From NCBI GenBank assembly GCA_016931955.1, contig JAFGDV010000018.1:1-12661 (forward strand): a DNA stretch of 12,661 bases, read 5' to 3'. The notes beneath the pieces are model-generated. The model saw only the letters and a program-made list of their open reading frames with translations, was not told where the DNA came from and ran no database searches. The first letter of the stretch is position 1; every line of letters begins with the position of its first letter. Shown one piece after another: positions 1-7,074 of this stretch. Position numbers and translations under genes: made by a program. The DNA is from Candidatus Altiarchaeota archaeon (lineage in GTDB: Archaea; Altiarchaeota; Altiarchaeia; IMC4; QMZM01).

Positions 1-294
1 GGTATGAACTTACAAAGTCGGCAAGTATGAGGCATTCATCTGCGACTTCAAAGTCGCAGTACAAGAAAGTGCCATGCACTTTCTGTACGCAAATTACATA
101 GTAACTTGCTGTATTCTGCCGACTTTGTAATAAAGGCATACAACAGCAAGACCTACCGGATAGAAACTCCTATACAGTTCTGGCAGGGTGCGGAAGAGCG
201 TGAACACACCAGAGTGAACATCACCATCGAATTCGAAGTCAACGGAGAAAACAAAAAATATAAAATACCCGTCGATACCTACTTCCTTGGTTAG
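1..294 (+). pseudogene. 3' part of a hypothetical protein gene interrupted by the inverted-repeat element (in-frame TGA at 28-30)
   Basis: Without 13-129, frame 1 reads GMNL|IKAYNSKTYRIETPIQFWQGAEEREHTRVNITIEFEVNGENKKYKIPVDTYFLG*, a beta-rich, protein-like sequence. The ORF track's TTG start at 106 lies inside the element. The gene probably begins upstream of the window or at ATG 4. Confidence 0.5.
13..127. mobile_element. Putative MITE (IS630/Tc1-mariner-like ends), 115 bp, highly structured
   Basis: Perfect terminal inverted repeats CAAAGTCGGCA (13-23) / TGCCGACTTTG (117-127), flanked by TA at 11-12 and 128-129. The interior forms four hairpins (27-39, 40-59, 59-88, 89-109). Removing 13-129 (117 nt) restores an open frame. 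Confidence 0.65.
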
Positions 295-776
295 ATCTCT
301 TCTTGCAGTATTTCAGCTAACTTATCCTCAACGTCTTCTTCTCTGGCCCGCTTTTTTAGGTAGGGTCTGTCTATATGCTGCTCATAACCCCTCAAGAGAA
401 ACTCAGCATGATCACAGTCTCGTTCAGAATTCCAGAACTTACAGGCACACAATCTGTCCACAATCAAGTCCTCCACGCTCACTACGCTGATTTTTTCTTT
501 TACCCCCTCCAACTCAAGCTCTTTTATTCTCTCCTTCGTAGTCGAACCCACGATATCAATTGCAACATCTTCGTTGTAGTAGATGTCGTTTTTTTCTTTG
601 AATCCAAGTTCCTCCAAGAGAGAAACAAGTTCACCCCTATCCGCAAGCAGATCAAGGTCTATGCTCTCCCGTTCACCGGCGGTATATAGTTCCACCGCAG
701 AACCACCTACCAGTATCGGCGTTTTCTTCAGTCTCCTGCTTAATTCGCTCAGAATAAGGTATTTTCGTTTAATCAT
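291..776 (-). CDS. Nucleotidyltransferase-fold protein (DUF6036-like, Pol-beta superfamily)
   Basis: 161 aa with ILVGGSAV...SIDLDL (hGG/GS + DxD), a third acidic residue in AIDIV, and a C-terminal SVEDLIVDRL...D motif typical of this family. Confidence 0.8.
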   Translation of the reverse strand: MIKRKYLILSELSRRLKKTPILVGGSAVELYTAGERESIDLDLLADRGELVSLLEELGFKEKNDIYYNEDVAIDIVGSTTKERIKELELEGVKEKISVVSVEDLIVDRLCACKFWNSERDCDHAEFLLRGYEQHIDRPYLKKRAREEDVEDKLAEILQEEI

Positions 777-780
777 TTCC

Positions 781-912
781 TTACGTCCAGTCGACGTCGA
801 TGCTTTTTATGTTTCCCTTTTCATCGAATTTAACATACTTCTTGATTCTGAGTTTAACCACTTCTATCAGTGCCGCTACCTTCGCCCTATCCCTTGGTTT
901 CCTTCTGACCAT
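781..912 (-). CDS. Small basic hypothetical protein (43 aa), not in ORF track
   Basis: ATG at 912-910 translates MVRRKPRDRAKVAALIEVVKLRIKKYVKFDEKGNIKSIDVDWT*. The TAA is 4 nt before the nucleotidyltransferase ATG. Purine-rich coding-strand composition matches the other genes, and a TATA-like AATATTTATC sits about 25-35 nt upstream. Confidence 0.7.
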   Translation of the reverse strand: MVRRKPRDRAKVAALIEVVKLRIKKYVKFDEKGNIKSIDVDWT

Positions 913-982
913 AACATATAATCCTTGGTATCCGACAGATAAATATTCACCATTTCTTCTTGTAAACGTAAATATTAGGGTG

Positions 983-1900
983 ATGGATTCAGTCGAAGCA
1001 GAAGCTTATGGTACGGGAGTTATCGTGGATGCTGGTAGTCGAGGCGCAGTGTTCGCCTTAGACTTGAAGGCGACAGCGTCCGCAAAAATCCTCGAAGATC
1101 ATAAAAAGATAAAGACCCAAGACAAAACAGCGGAAAAGATAGCGAAAAAGGTCCTGGATCTGCTCGGATACACTTACAGAGTCGAAGTCAAAATCAAGAA
1201 CGAGATCCCGCTAAGAGTAGGATTCGGCGAAAAAGAAGCTGTTGCGATCGCTACGGCGCTTGCGGTCACTGGGGCCCTGGCGAAAAAACACGGCTCAGTG
1301 AATGAACTGAGGATAGACAAATACATGAAAGACCAGTTCATGATCATAGGAGACAAACTGGTGGACAAAAAAAAGCTGATGGATTTATGCGTTGACTCAG
1401 GAATGCGCCTGGATCGGACCTATGCAAGCCTCTACGGGGGATTCAGTGTAGCGGACAACAACAAAAGAAAGGTGCTACGCCATGGAGAGATGGAATCCCT
1501 GCATTCAATCATCCTGGTCCCAGAAAAACCTAAAAAGAAGAGCCTGAAGGATATGAGGGTATTCGACGGACAACTGCAGATGATCTGGGATGAGGCTTTA
1601 AAAGGCAACCTGAACACTGCGATGAACATGAATTCGATGCTCTACAACAGTGAGACAACAAGAAAAATGCTCAACGCAGACGCCTTAGCTGTCTCAATCT
1701 CCAGAAAAGGCGGCCTGGTAGGCTTCACCAGAAAGGAGGAAAGGATAAAAGACATCATGAAAGCCCTAGAAGAAGAGGGAAAAATCCTGATAAAAAAAGC
1801 GATGAACGAAAAAGCATGGGCTCTGATTAAACCAAAAAAAATCTATAAGACTCACGAGTTCCTCGAACTGAAAGGCGGCCAAGAACACCATTGGCTATAG
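983..1900 (+). CDS. Archaeal shikimate kinase-like GHMP-fold protein with degenerate catalytic motifs (305 aa)
   Basis: N-terminus EAEAYGTGVIVDAGSRGAVFALDL, the EIPxxxG motif and YASLYGGFSVADN match archaeal AroK. The start is reassigned to ATG 983 because 800-982 is largely the antisense of the small upstream gene plus intergenic sequence. Confidence 0.7.
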   Translation: MDSVEAEAYGTGVIVDAGSRGAVFALDLKATASAKILEDHKKIKTQDKTAEKIAKKVLDLLGYTYRVEVKIKNEIPLRVGFGEKEAVAIATALAVTGALAKKHGSVNELRIDKYMKDQFMIIGDKLVDKKKLMDLCVDSGMRLDRTYASLYGGFSVADNNKRKVLRHGEMESLHSIILVPEKPKKKSLKDMRVFDGQLQMIWDEALKGNLNTAMNMNSMLYNSETTRKMLNADALAVSISRKGGLVGFTRKEERIKDIMKALEEEGKILIKKAMNEKAWALIKPKKIYKTHEFLELKGGQEHHWL

Positions 1901-2962
1901 ACCTTCAGGGACGATTGAGCCCCTCTGCAAGGGCACCAGTTCATCAGCTGAGAGAGATGTCTTATATCTTGTTCCCTGACGTGTGCCCCTAAGCATAAGG
2001 ATTTTTTCAACACGAGGACCGACAAGAAAACGATGAGTATCCCATTCAGGCACGATTTTTCCGTCCAAGCCACAGTCCTTCGAGATCCTCTGGACTAAGA
2101 CATAAGGATTCATGTGCTCCAGGAAGTCGGCTATGATCACAGCATATTCGGTCATGCTGATGGGCCTGTACCTGCCAGAGTAATACTCTTTCGCCAGGCT
2201 TGTATCGTGCATCACCAGTAATGGATAGAGTTTCACTGCATCGATCCCTGACTCAGATATTATCTTCGCTGTTTCTATCATCTCGGAGGGTGTTTCATAG
2301 GGCAAACCCATGATCAAGAACGCGAGCGACAGAATACCTCTTTTATGACACTCTTTCGCGGCGTGGAGCAATTCACCGAAGCCATGATGCCGCCTGGTTT
2401 TTTCTTCAGTGTGGAAGTGAGGAGACTGTTGGCCGAGTTCAAGCCAGACCTCAAAGCCCTGATCAACGTATCCCTTAAGGAGGTCAAGCACTTCCATGGG
2501 AAGACAATCCGGTCTTGTCCCGATAGACATGCCTATGACATCAGGATGGTCTAAGGCCGCATCATATATCCTCCGAAGGTCCTCTACTGGGGCGTAGGTG
2601 TTTGTGCCAAAGGCGACATAAACAAGAGCCTTGTCTCCAGCACCCTTCTCCTTGTAGTAGTCCACTTGGTGCGCGACCTGGCTTCTTATGTCTCTTCCTA
2701 TGACCGGGCGGAAGCTTTCGTAGGTGAACTGTCTCGCGAAATTAGGGCAGTATATGCAGCCTTCTAAAGAAAGGCGGCCATCCCAGTTCGGGCACGTGAA
2801 GCCAGCATTCATCGGAACCTTAAAGACCTTGCAACCATGTGTTCTCCGAGAATAGGCCCCGTATTGGGCGTAGAGGAAGCCCTCCTCGTAGAGCTGGTCT
2901 ATTACTCCTCTGTCAATTTCTCTCTCGATCGGTGTGCCCCTAATCACACCCCTAGATGCCAT
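1895..2962 (-). CDS. TIGR01212/YhcC-family radical SAM protein
   Basis: AGFTCPNWDGRLSLEGCIYC (CX11CX2C), TNTYAP, GMSIGTRPDC, WLELGQQS and IMGLPYET are all characteristic of YhcC-like proteins. Confidence 0.92.
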   Translation of the reverse strand: MASRGVIRGTPIEREIDRGVIDQLYEEGFLYAQYGAYSRRTHGCKVFKVPMNAGFTCPNWDGRLSLEGCIYCPNFARQFTYESFRPVIGRDIRSQVAHQVDYYKEKGAGDKALVYVAFGTNTYAPVEDLRRIYDAALDHPDVIGMSIGTRPDCLPMEVLDLLKGYVDQGFEVWLELGQQSPHFHTEEKTRRHHGFGELLHAAKECHKRGILSLAFLIMGLPYETPSEMIETAKIISESGIDAVKLYPLLVMHDTSLAKEYYSGRYRPISMTEYAVIIADFLEHMNPYVLVQRISKDCGLDGKIVPEWDTHRFLVGPRVEKILMLRGTRQGTRYKTSLSADELVPLQRGSIVPEGL

Positions 2963-2985
2963 AATAGTATTAGGGGATTACATGC

Positions 2986-3001
2986 ATAAAGGATATATAT
3001 C
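2986..3001. promoter_or_regulatory. Palindromic TATA element shared by the divergent radical SAM and pstS1 genes
   Basis: GATATATATC (2992-3001) is a perfect palindrome centred about 34 nt from both ATGs (2962 and 3031). A purine-rich BRE-like ATAAAG precedes it on the + strand. Confidence 0.5.
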
Positions 3002-3030
3002 GATTCCTGCGAAATCTATTACAGCAGAGG

Positions 3031-3849
3031 ATGGACAAGGTACTTTTGACGATAGTTATATGTATATTTGCAGCTATATTTTCGTGCTGTGTCGACGAGG
3101 AAGGAGACACTGGATTGACTGTTGTAGGCTCAACCACGGTTCAGCCGATAGTTACGAAGGCTGCTGAAGCATACATGAAAAACAATCCAGGTGTCGAGAT
3201 AGGCGTGCAAGGCGGCGGCTCAGGAACCGGGATCAGGATGGTCGGCGAAGGCTCAGTCGCCATAGGAGCTTCTTCTAGGGAGCTGAAGGAAAGCGAACAA
3301 GAGGAGAACCCTGACATGTTACTGCATGCGATAGCAATCGACTGCATCACGATAGTGGTCCACCCATCGAATACAATAGATGATTTAAGCATCGAAGAGG
3401 TTAGGGATATCTTCTCTGGGGAGATAAAAAACTTTAGGGAAGTCGGCGGCCCGGACAGAGAGATAGTGGTGGTCATGAGGGAGGATGGCTCAGGGACGAG
3501 GTCGACCTTTGAGGAGCTTGTTATGGGTGATTGGAAGATAACCAATGCCGCGCTGCAAAAACCAGCAAGCGGCGCCATAAGGTTCAGCGTCGGCGGGAAC
3601 GAGAATTCGATAGGCTATCTTGGCATAGGATACTTGGACGAAACAGTGAAAGCAATAGCGGTCGGTGGAGTGCCGCCCACGGAGGAAAACATCAGGAAAG
3701 GGAAATACTCCATCTCAAGGAAACTTTACTTGATCACCAAGGGAGAGCCTCGGGGAGAGGCAAAAGAATTCATAGACTACATACTCTCAGAGGACGGGCA
3801 AAAGATGGTGGAAGAAGAAGGATTCATTAAGGTGAAAGACAGTGCATAG
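3031..3849 (+). CDS. pstS: Phosphate ABC transporter substrate-binding lipoprotein (copy 1)
   Basis: GSTTVQP, GGGSGTG, GASSREL, REDGSGTRSTF, IGYLG and YSISRKLY motifs. Signal peptide ends in FSCC. Confidence 0.95.
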   Translation: MDKVLLTIVICIFAAIFSCCVDEEGDTGLTVVGSTTVQPIVTKAAEAYMKNNPGVEIGVQGGGSGTGIRMVGEGSVAIGASSRELKESEQEENPDMLLHAIAIDCITIVVHPSNTIDDLSIEEVRDIFSGEIKNFREVGGPDREIVVVMREDGSGTRSTFEELVMGDWKITNAALQKPASGAIRFSVGGNENSIGYLGIGYLDETVKAIAVGGVPPTEENIRKGKYSISRKLYLITKGEPRGEAKEFIDYILSEDGQKMVEEEGFIKVKDSA

Positions 3850-4714
3850 GATAGATAAAGAGAACATAGTAAGGGCGATCTTGCTGCTTTTCAGCGTCAC
3901 AGCAATACTCATCCTCTCCCTGATATTAATATTCCTCTTCAACGAAGGATTACCACTGTTTCAAAAAACAGGGATTACGGATTTCCTCTTCGGTGACAGA
4001 TGGATTCCAGCGGAAAACCTTTATGGCGCCTTCCCGTTCATAGTCTCCGCCCTGCTTGTAACACTCGGGGCTATGCTGATAGCGATTCCATTAGGAGTCT
4101 CTTGCGCAGTCTTTCTAGCGGAGATAGCCCCAAGATGGGCGAGAGATCTGATGAGGCCGGCAATAGAGCTTCTCGCAGGAATACCCTCCATAATCTACGG
4201 CTTATTTGCTTTAGTAGTAATCGTGGACTTGATAAGGATACCCTTCAATCTGGCGAACGGGGAGACAATACTAGCGGGCTCAATAATCCTAGCAGTGATG
4301 GTTCTCCCCATAATAATAAGCATATCACAGGACTCGATAGAGGCGGTTCCGAGAGCCTACAGAGAAGGCTCATACGCGATGGGCGCAACAGACTGGCAGA
4401 CCATAAACAGGGTCGTAGTGCCTGCTGCAAGACGCGGCGTTATAGCGGGGATAATCCTCGGCAGCGGGAGAGCCGCCGGCGAGACCATGGCCCTTGCCCT
4501 GGTCATAGGCAACGCAGAAAAGCTTCCAATGTCACTCCTAGAACCGGGGGAGACGCTAACGACCGCTATACTCTTAGAGATGGGTGAAGCGGTCATCGGA
4601 AGCCTCCACTATAATGCGCTCTTCTGTCTGGGGATTATACCGTTCACAGTCGTTTTAATCATGAGCATAATCTCAAGCAGGTTGATAAAGAAAGGGGTTG
4701 GAAGGTTTGGATAG
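3842..4714 (+). CDS. pstC: Phosphate ABC transporter permease PstC (copy 1)
   Basis: ELLAGIPSIIYG, the EAA loop REGSYAMGAT and GRAAGETMA. GTG start preceded by GGTGA (3831-3835), overlapping the pstS stop. Confidence 0.95.
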   Translation: MHRIDKENIVRAILLLFSVTAILILSLILIFLFNEGLPLFQKTGITDFLFGDRWIPAENLYGAFPFIVSALLVTLGAMLIAIPLGVSCAVFLAEIAPRWARDLMRPAIELLAGIPSIIYGLFALVVIVDLIRIPFNLANGETILAGSIILAVMVLPIIISISQDSIEAVPRAYREGSYAMGATDWQTINRVVVPAARRGVIAGIILGSGRAAGETMALALVIGNAEKLPMSLLEPGETLTTAILLEMGEAVIGSLHYNALFCLGIIPFTVVLIMSIISSRLIKKGVGRFG

Positions 4715-4715
4715 G

Positions 4716-5558
4716 ATGGATGCGAAGGTAACTGACAAGTTGGGTAAAGCAGGGCTCTGGCTATCAGCATTGTTCATTATCTTGACACTGCTAGCCGTGC
4801 TCGGCTACATCCTCATCAGGGGGATTGGCGTAATGAGCCTCGGATTCGTCTTCGAGATGCCACGGAACAACTGGAGGGAAGGAGGCATCTTCCCCGCGAT
4901 AATAGGTTCATTAATCGTGGTCGGGATAGCATTGTTGTTTTCCACACCCATTGGAGTGGGTGCAGCAGTCTATCTAACAGAGTTCACGCGTGAGGGAAGG
5001 TCGACAAAGGCTATAAGGATCGCGGCGGACTCCCTTAACGCGGTTCCATCCATAGTCTTCGGTTTATTCGGTTTAGCGCTCTTCGTATTCTACCTCAAGG
5101 ACTTCACAGGAGGTCCGTCGCTGCTTTCTGCTGGACTGACGCTTGGCTTCATGATCCTACCGACGATAATAAGGACTTCGGAGGTTTCGATGAGGACGAT
5201 ACCCTTTGGAGAGAAGATGGAAAGCTATGGCCTCGGTGCGACGAAGCTGCAGACCATCTGGAACATTGTGTTGCCTGGCGCCATCCCCGGAATAGTTACC
5301 GGGATCATACTCGGTCTGGGAAGGGCCATCGGAGAAACAGCTCCGATAATCTTCATGGTGTCGTTGAATCCCATAATCCCAAAGTCGATTCTCGGCAGTG
5401 GTAATACTCTTACGACGCAACTCTACTTCCTCGCGATGGAAGGCATCTCAATGGATGTGGCATTCGGCACAGCCCTCACACTCATACTTATAATATTAAC
5501 GCTCAACTACTCCGCCAGGAGATTGAATAGATACCTCTCCAGGAACCTGAAGAGGTAG
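4716..5558 (+). CDS. pstA: Phosphate ABC transporter permease PstA (copy 1)
   Basis: [23 protein letters not shown] and GRAIGETAP. ATG 4716, 1 nt after the pstC stop, is preferred over TTG 4698 because it aligns with the copy 2 start. Confidence 0.95.
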   Translation: MDAKVTDKLGKAGLWLSALFIILTLLAVLGYILIRGIGVMSLGFVFEMPRNNWREGGIFPAIIGSLIVVGIALLFSTPIGVGAAVYLTEFTREGRSTKAIRIAADSLNAVPSIVFGLFGLALFVFYLKDFTGGPSLLSAGLTLGFMILPTIIRTSEVSMRTIPFGEKMESYGLGATKLQTIWNIVLPGAIPGIVTGIILGLGRAIGETAPIIFMVSLNPIIPKSILGSGNTLTTQLYFLAMEGISMDVAFGTALTLILIILTLNYSARRLNRYLSRNLKR

Positions 5559-5561
5559 AAG

Positions 5562-6323
5562 ATGACAGACGAGAACAAGATCGTGATCAGGGATTTGAAT
5601 CTGTGGTATGGGGATAAGAGGGCGCTCATAGACAACAACATGGACATAAGAGAAAACAAAGTGACTGCGATCATAGGGCCCTCCGGCTGCGGGAAATCCA
5701 CGTTCATCAGATGCCTGAACAGGATGAACGACCCAGTTGAAGGCGTGCGAGTTACAGGAGAGGTCAGGATAGACAGCAAAAACATCTACGACAAGGATGT
5801 AGACGTCGTCGCTCTGAGAAAAAAAGTGGGGATGCTATTCCAGAAGCCGAACCCGTTCCCGATGAGCATCTACGATAACGTAGCCTACGGGCCGAGGATA
5901 CACTGCACCAGAGACAAAAAAAAGCTAAGAGAAATCGTGGAAGAAAGCCTGAGAAACGCGACCCTGTGGGAGGAGGTCTCTGATAGACTAGACAAGAGCG
6001 CATTAGATCTTTCAGGAGGACAACAACAGAGGCTATGCATTGCAAGAACACTAGCAGTAAAACCAGAGATCATACTATTCGATGAACCATGCTCCGCACT
6101 AGACCCCATCTCCACAGGAAAAATAGAAGACCTGATACACGAATTAAAGAGGGAATACACAATAGTAATAGTAACACACAACATGCAACAAGCAGCAAGG
6201 GTCTCAGACTACACAGCATACTTCCTACTAGGAAAAATGATAGAATTCGGAAAAACAAAAGAACTATTCGAAAACCCCAAAGAAAAGGAAACAGAAGACT
6301 ACATAACCGGAAGATTCGGATAA
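5562..6323 (+). CDS. pstB: Phosphate ABC transporter ATPase PstB (copy 1)
   Basis: Walker [59 protein letters not shown] and terminal YITGRFG. Confidence 0.98.
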   Translation: MTDENKIVIRDLNLWYGDKRALIDNNMDIRENKVTAIIGPSGCGKSTFIRCLNRMNDPVEGVRVTGEVRIDSKNIYDKDVDVVALRKKVGMLFQKPNPFPMSIYDNVAYGPRIHCTRDKKKLREIVEESLRNATLWEEVSDRLDKSALDLSGGQQQRLCIARTLAVKPEIILFDEPCSALDPISTGKIEDLIHELKREYTIVIVTHNMQQAARVSDYTAYFLLGKMIEFGKTKELFENPKEKETEDYITGRFG

Positions 6324-6378
6324 AAAAAGGGAACCCCCCATAGGTAGTACTGCAAAGCAATACCACACAATGATGATT

Positions 6379-6394
6379 AACCTTTCTAAAGGTT
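6379..6394. promoter_or_regulatory. Palindrome AACCTTT-CT-AAAGGTT upstream of phoU1 (candidate operator or hairpin)
   Basis: Perfect 7-bp arms within the 104-nt pstB1-phoU1 spacer, followed by the RBS AGGAGG at 6415-6420. Confidence 0.35.
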
Positions 6395-6427
6395 GACTGG
6401 AAGATTTGGACAACAGGAGGGAAAAAA

Positions 6428-7072
6428 ATGCCGAGAAAAGCACTTGACAGGGAGATGGAAAAGATAAAACGGGACATCATGGAGATGTCTGAGTTGGTGC
6501 GTTATGCTGTCTCCAAAGCGATGACTGCGCTTGAAAAAAACGACAGAAAGCTTGGTGAGGAGGTTATCTTGGGCGACGAACTGATAGACAACTATCAAAC
6601 GCAGATAAGGAGGAGGAGCATTCAAGCAATCGCCTTACAGCAGCCAGTAGCCAAGGATTTAAGGGTGATAGGCATCTCCATGGATGTGGCATACAACCTC
6701 GAGAGGATCGGGGACTACGCCAAAGACATCGTGGAGATACTGGAGCACATGAACGGATCCTATGTGATCCCAGAGGAGATTGATAGACTGGGGGAGATGG
6801 CGCTGAAGATGGTAGAGGATTCCGCAGACGCTTTCGTGAACGAAAGAAAAGAAAAGATCGAAGCCGTCTTAATGATGGAGGAGGAAGTTGATACAATCTA
6901 TGAATCAACGTTCCCGCTGCTGAAGAAAACAGTCAAAGAAGACTCCGAGCAATGCACCAGCGCGTTAAATTTCGCGTTGATCGCGAAATTCCTTGAGAGG
7001 ATAGCAGACCACTCAGTGAACATCGTGAACCGGGCCCTCTATGGGATACACGGTAGAGAAGAGTATCTTTGA
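6428..7072 (+). CDS. phoU: Phosphate signaling complex protein PhoU (copy 1)
   Basis: Two PhoU repeats: IALQQPVAKDLR, NLERIGDYA and FLERIADHSVNI. Confidence 0.95.
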   Translation: MPRKALDREMEKIKRDIMEMSELVRYAVSKAMTALEKNDRKLGEEVILGDELIDNYQTQIRRRSIQAIALQQPVAKDLRVIGISMDVAYNLERIGDYAKDIVEILEHMNGSYVIPEEIDRLGEMALKMVEDSADAFVNERKEKIEAVLMMEEEVDTIYESTFPLLKKTVKEDSEQCTSALNFALIAKFLERIADHSVNIVNRALYGIHGREEYL

Positions 7073-7074
7073 GA

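Noticed and set aside
28-59. In-frame TGA followed by hairpins as a selenocysteine/SECIS signal
   Set aside because: The hairpins belong to a TIR-bounded element, the translated insert is not protein-like, there is no redox motif context, and archaeal SECIS elements are normally in untranslated regions.
2-141. Bulge-helix-bulge archaeal intron or tRNA gene for the cloverleaf element
   Set aside because: GTATG (2-6) can pair with CATAC (137-141), but no 3-4-3 BHB geometry can be drawn. There is no TTC T-loop, D-loop or 7-nt anticodon loop.
800-982. 61-aa hydrophobic N-terminal extension of the GHMP protein (apparent membrane anchor)
   Set aside because: It is the antisense of the purine-rich 43-aa gene plus the promoter region. 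Similarity to AroK starts at ATG 983.
6370-6420. C/D box sRNA starting at ATGATGA
   Set aside because: A perfect C box is present, but no CTGA D or D' box follows at a suitable distance.
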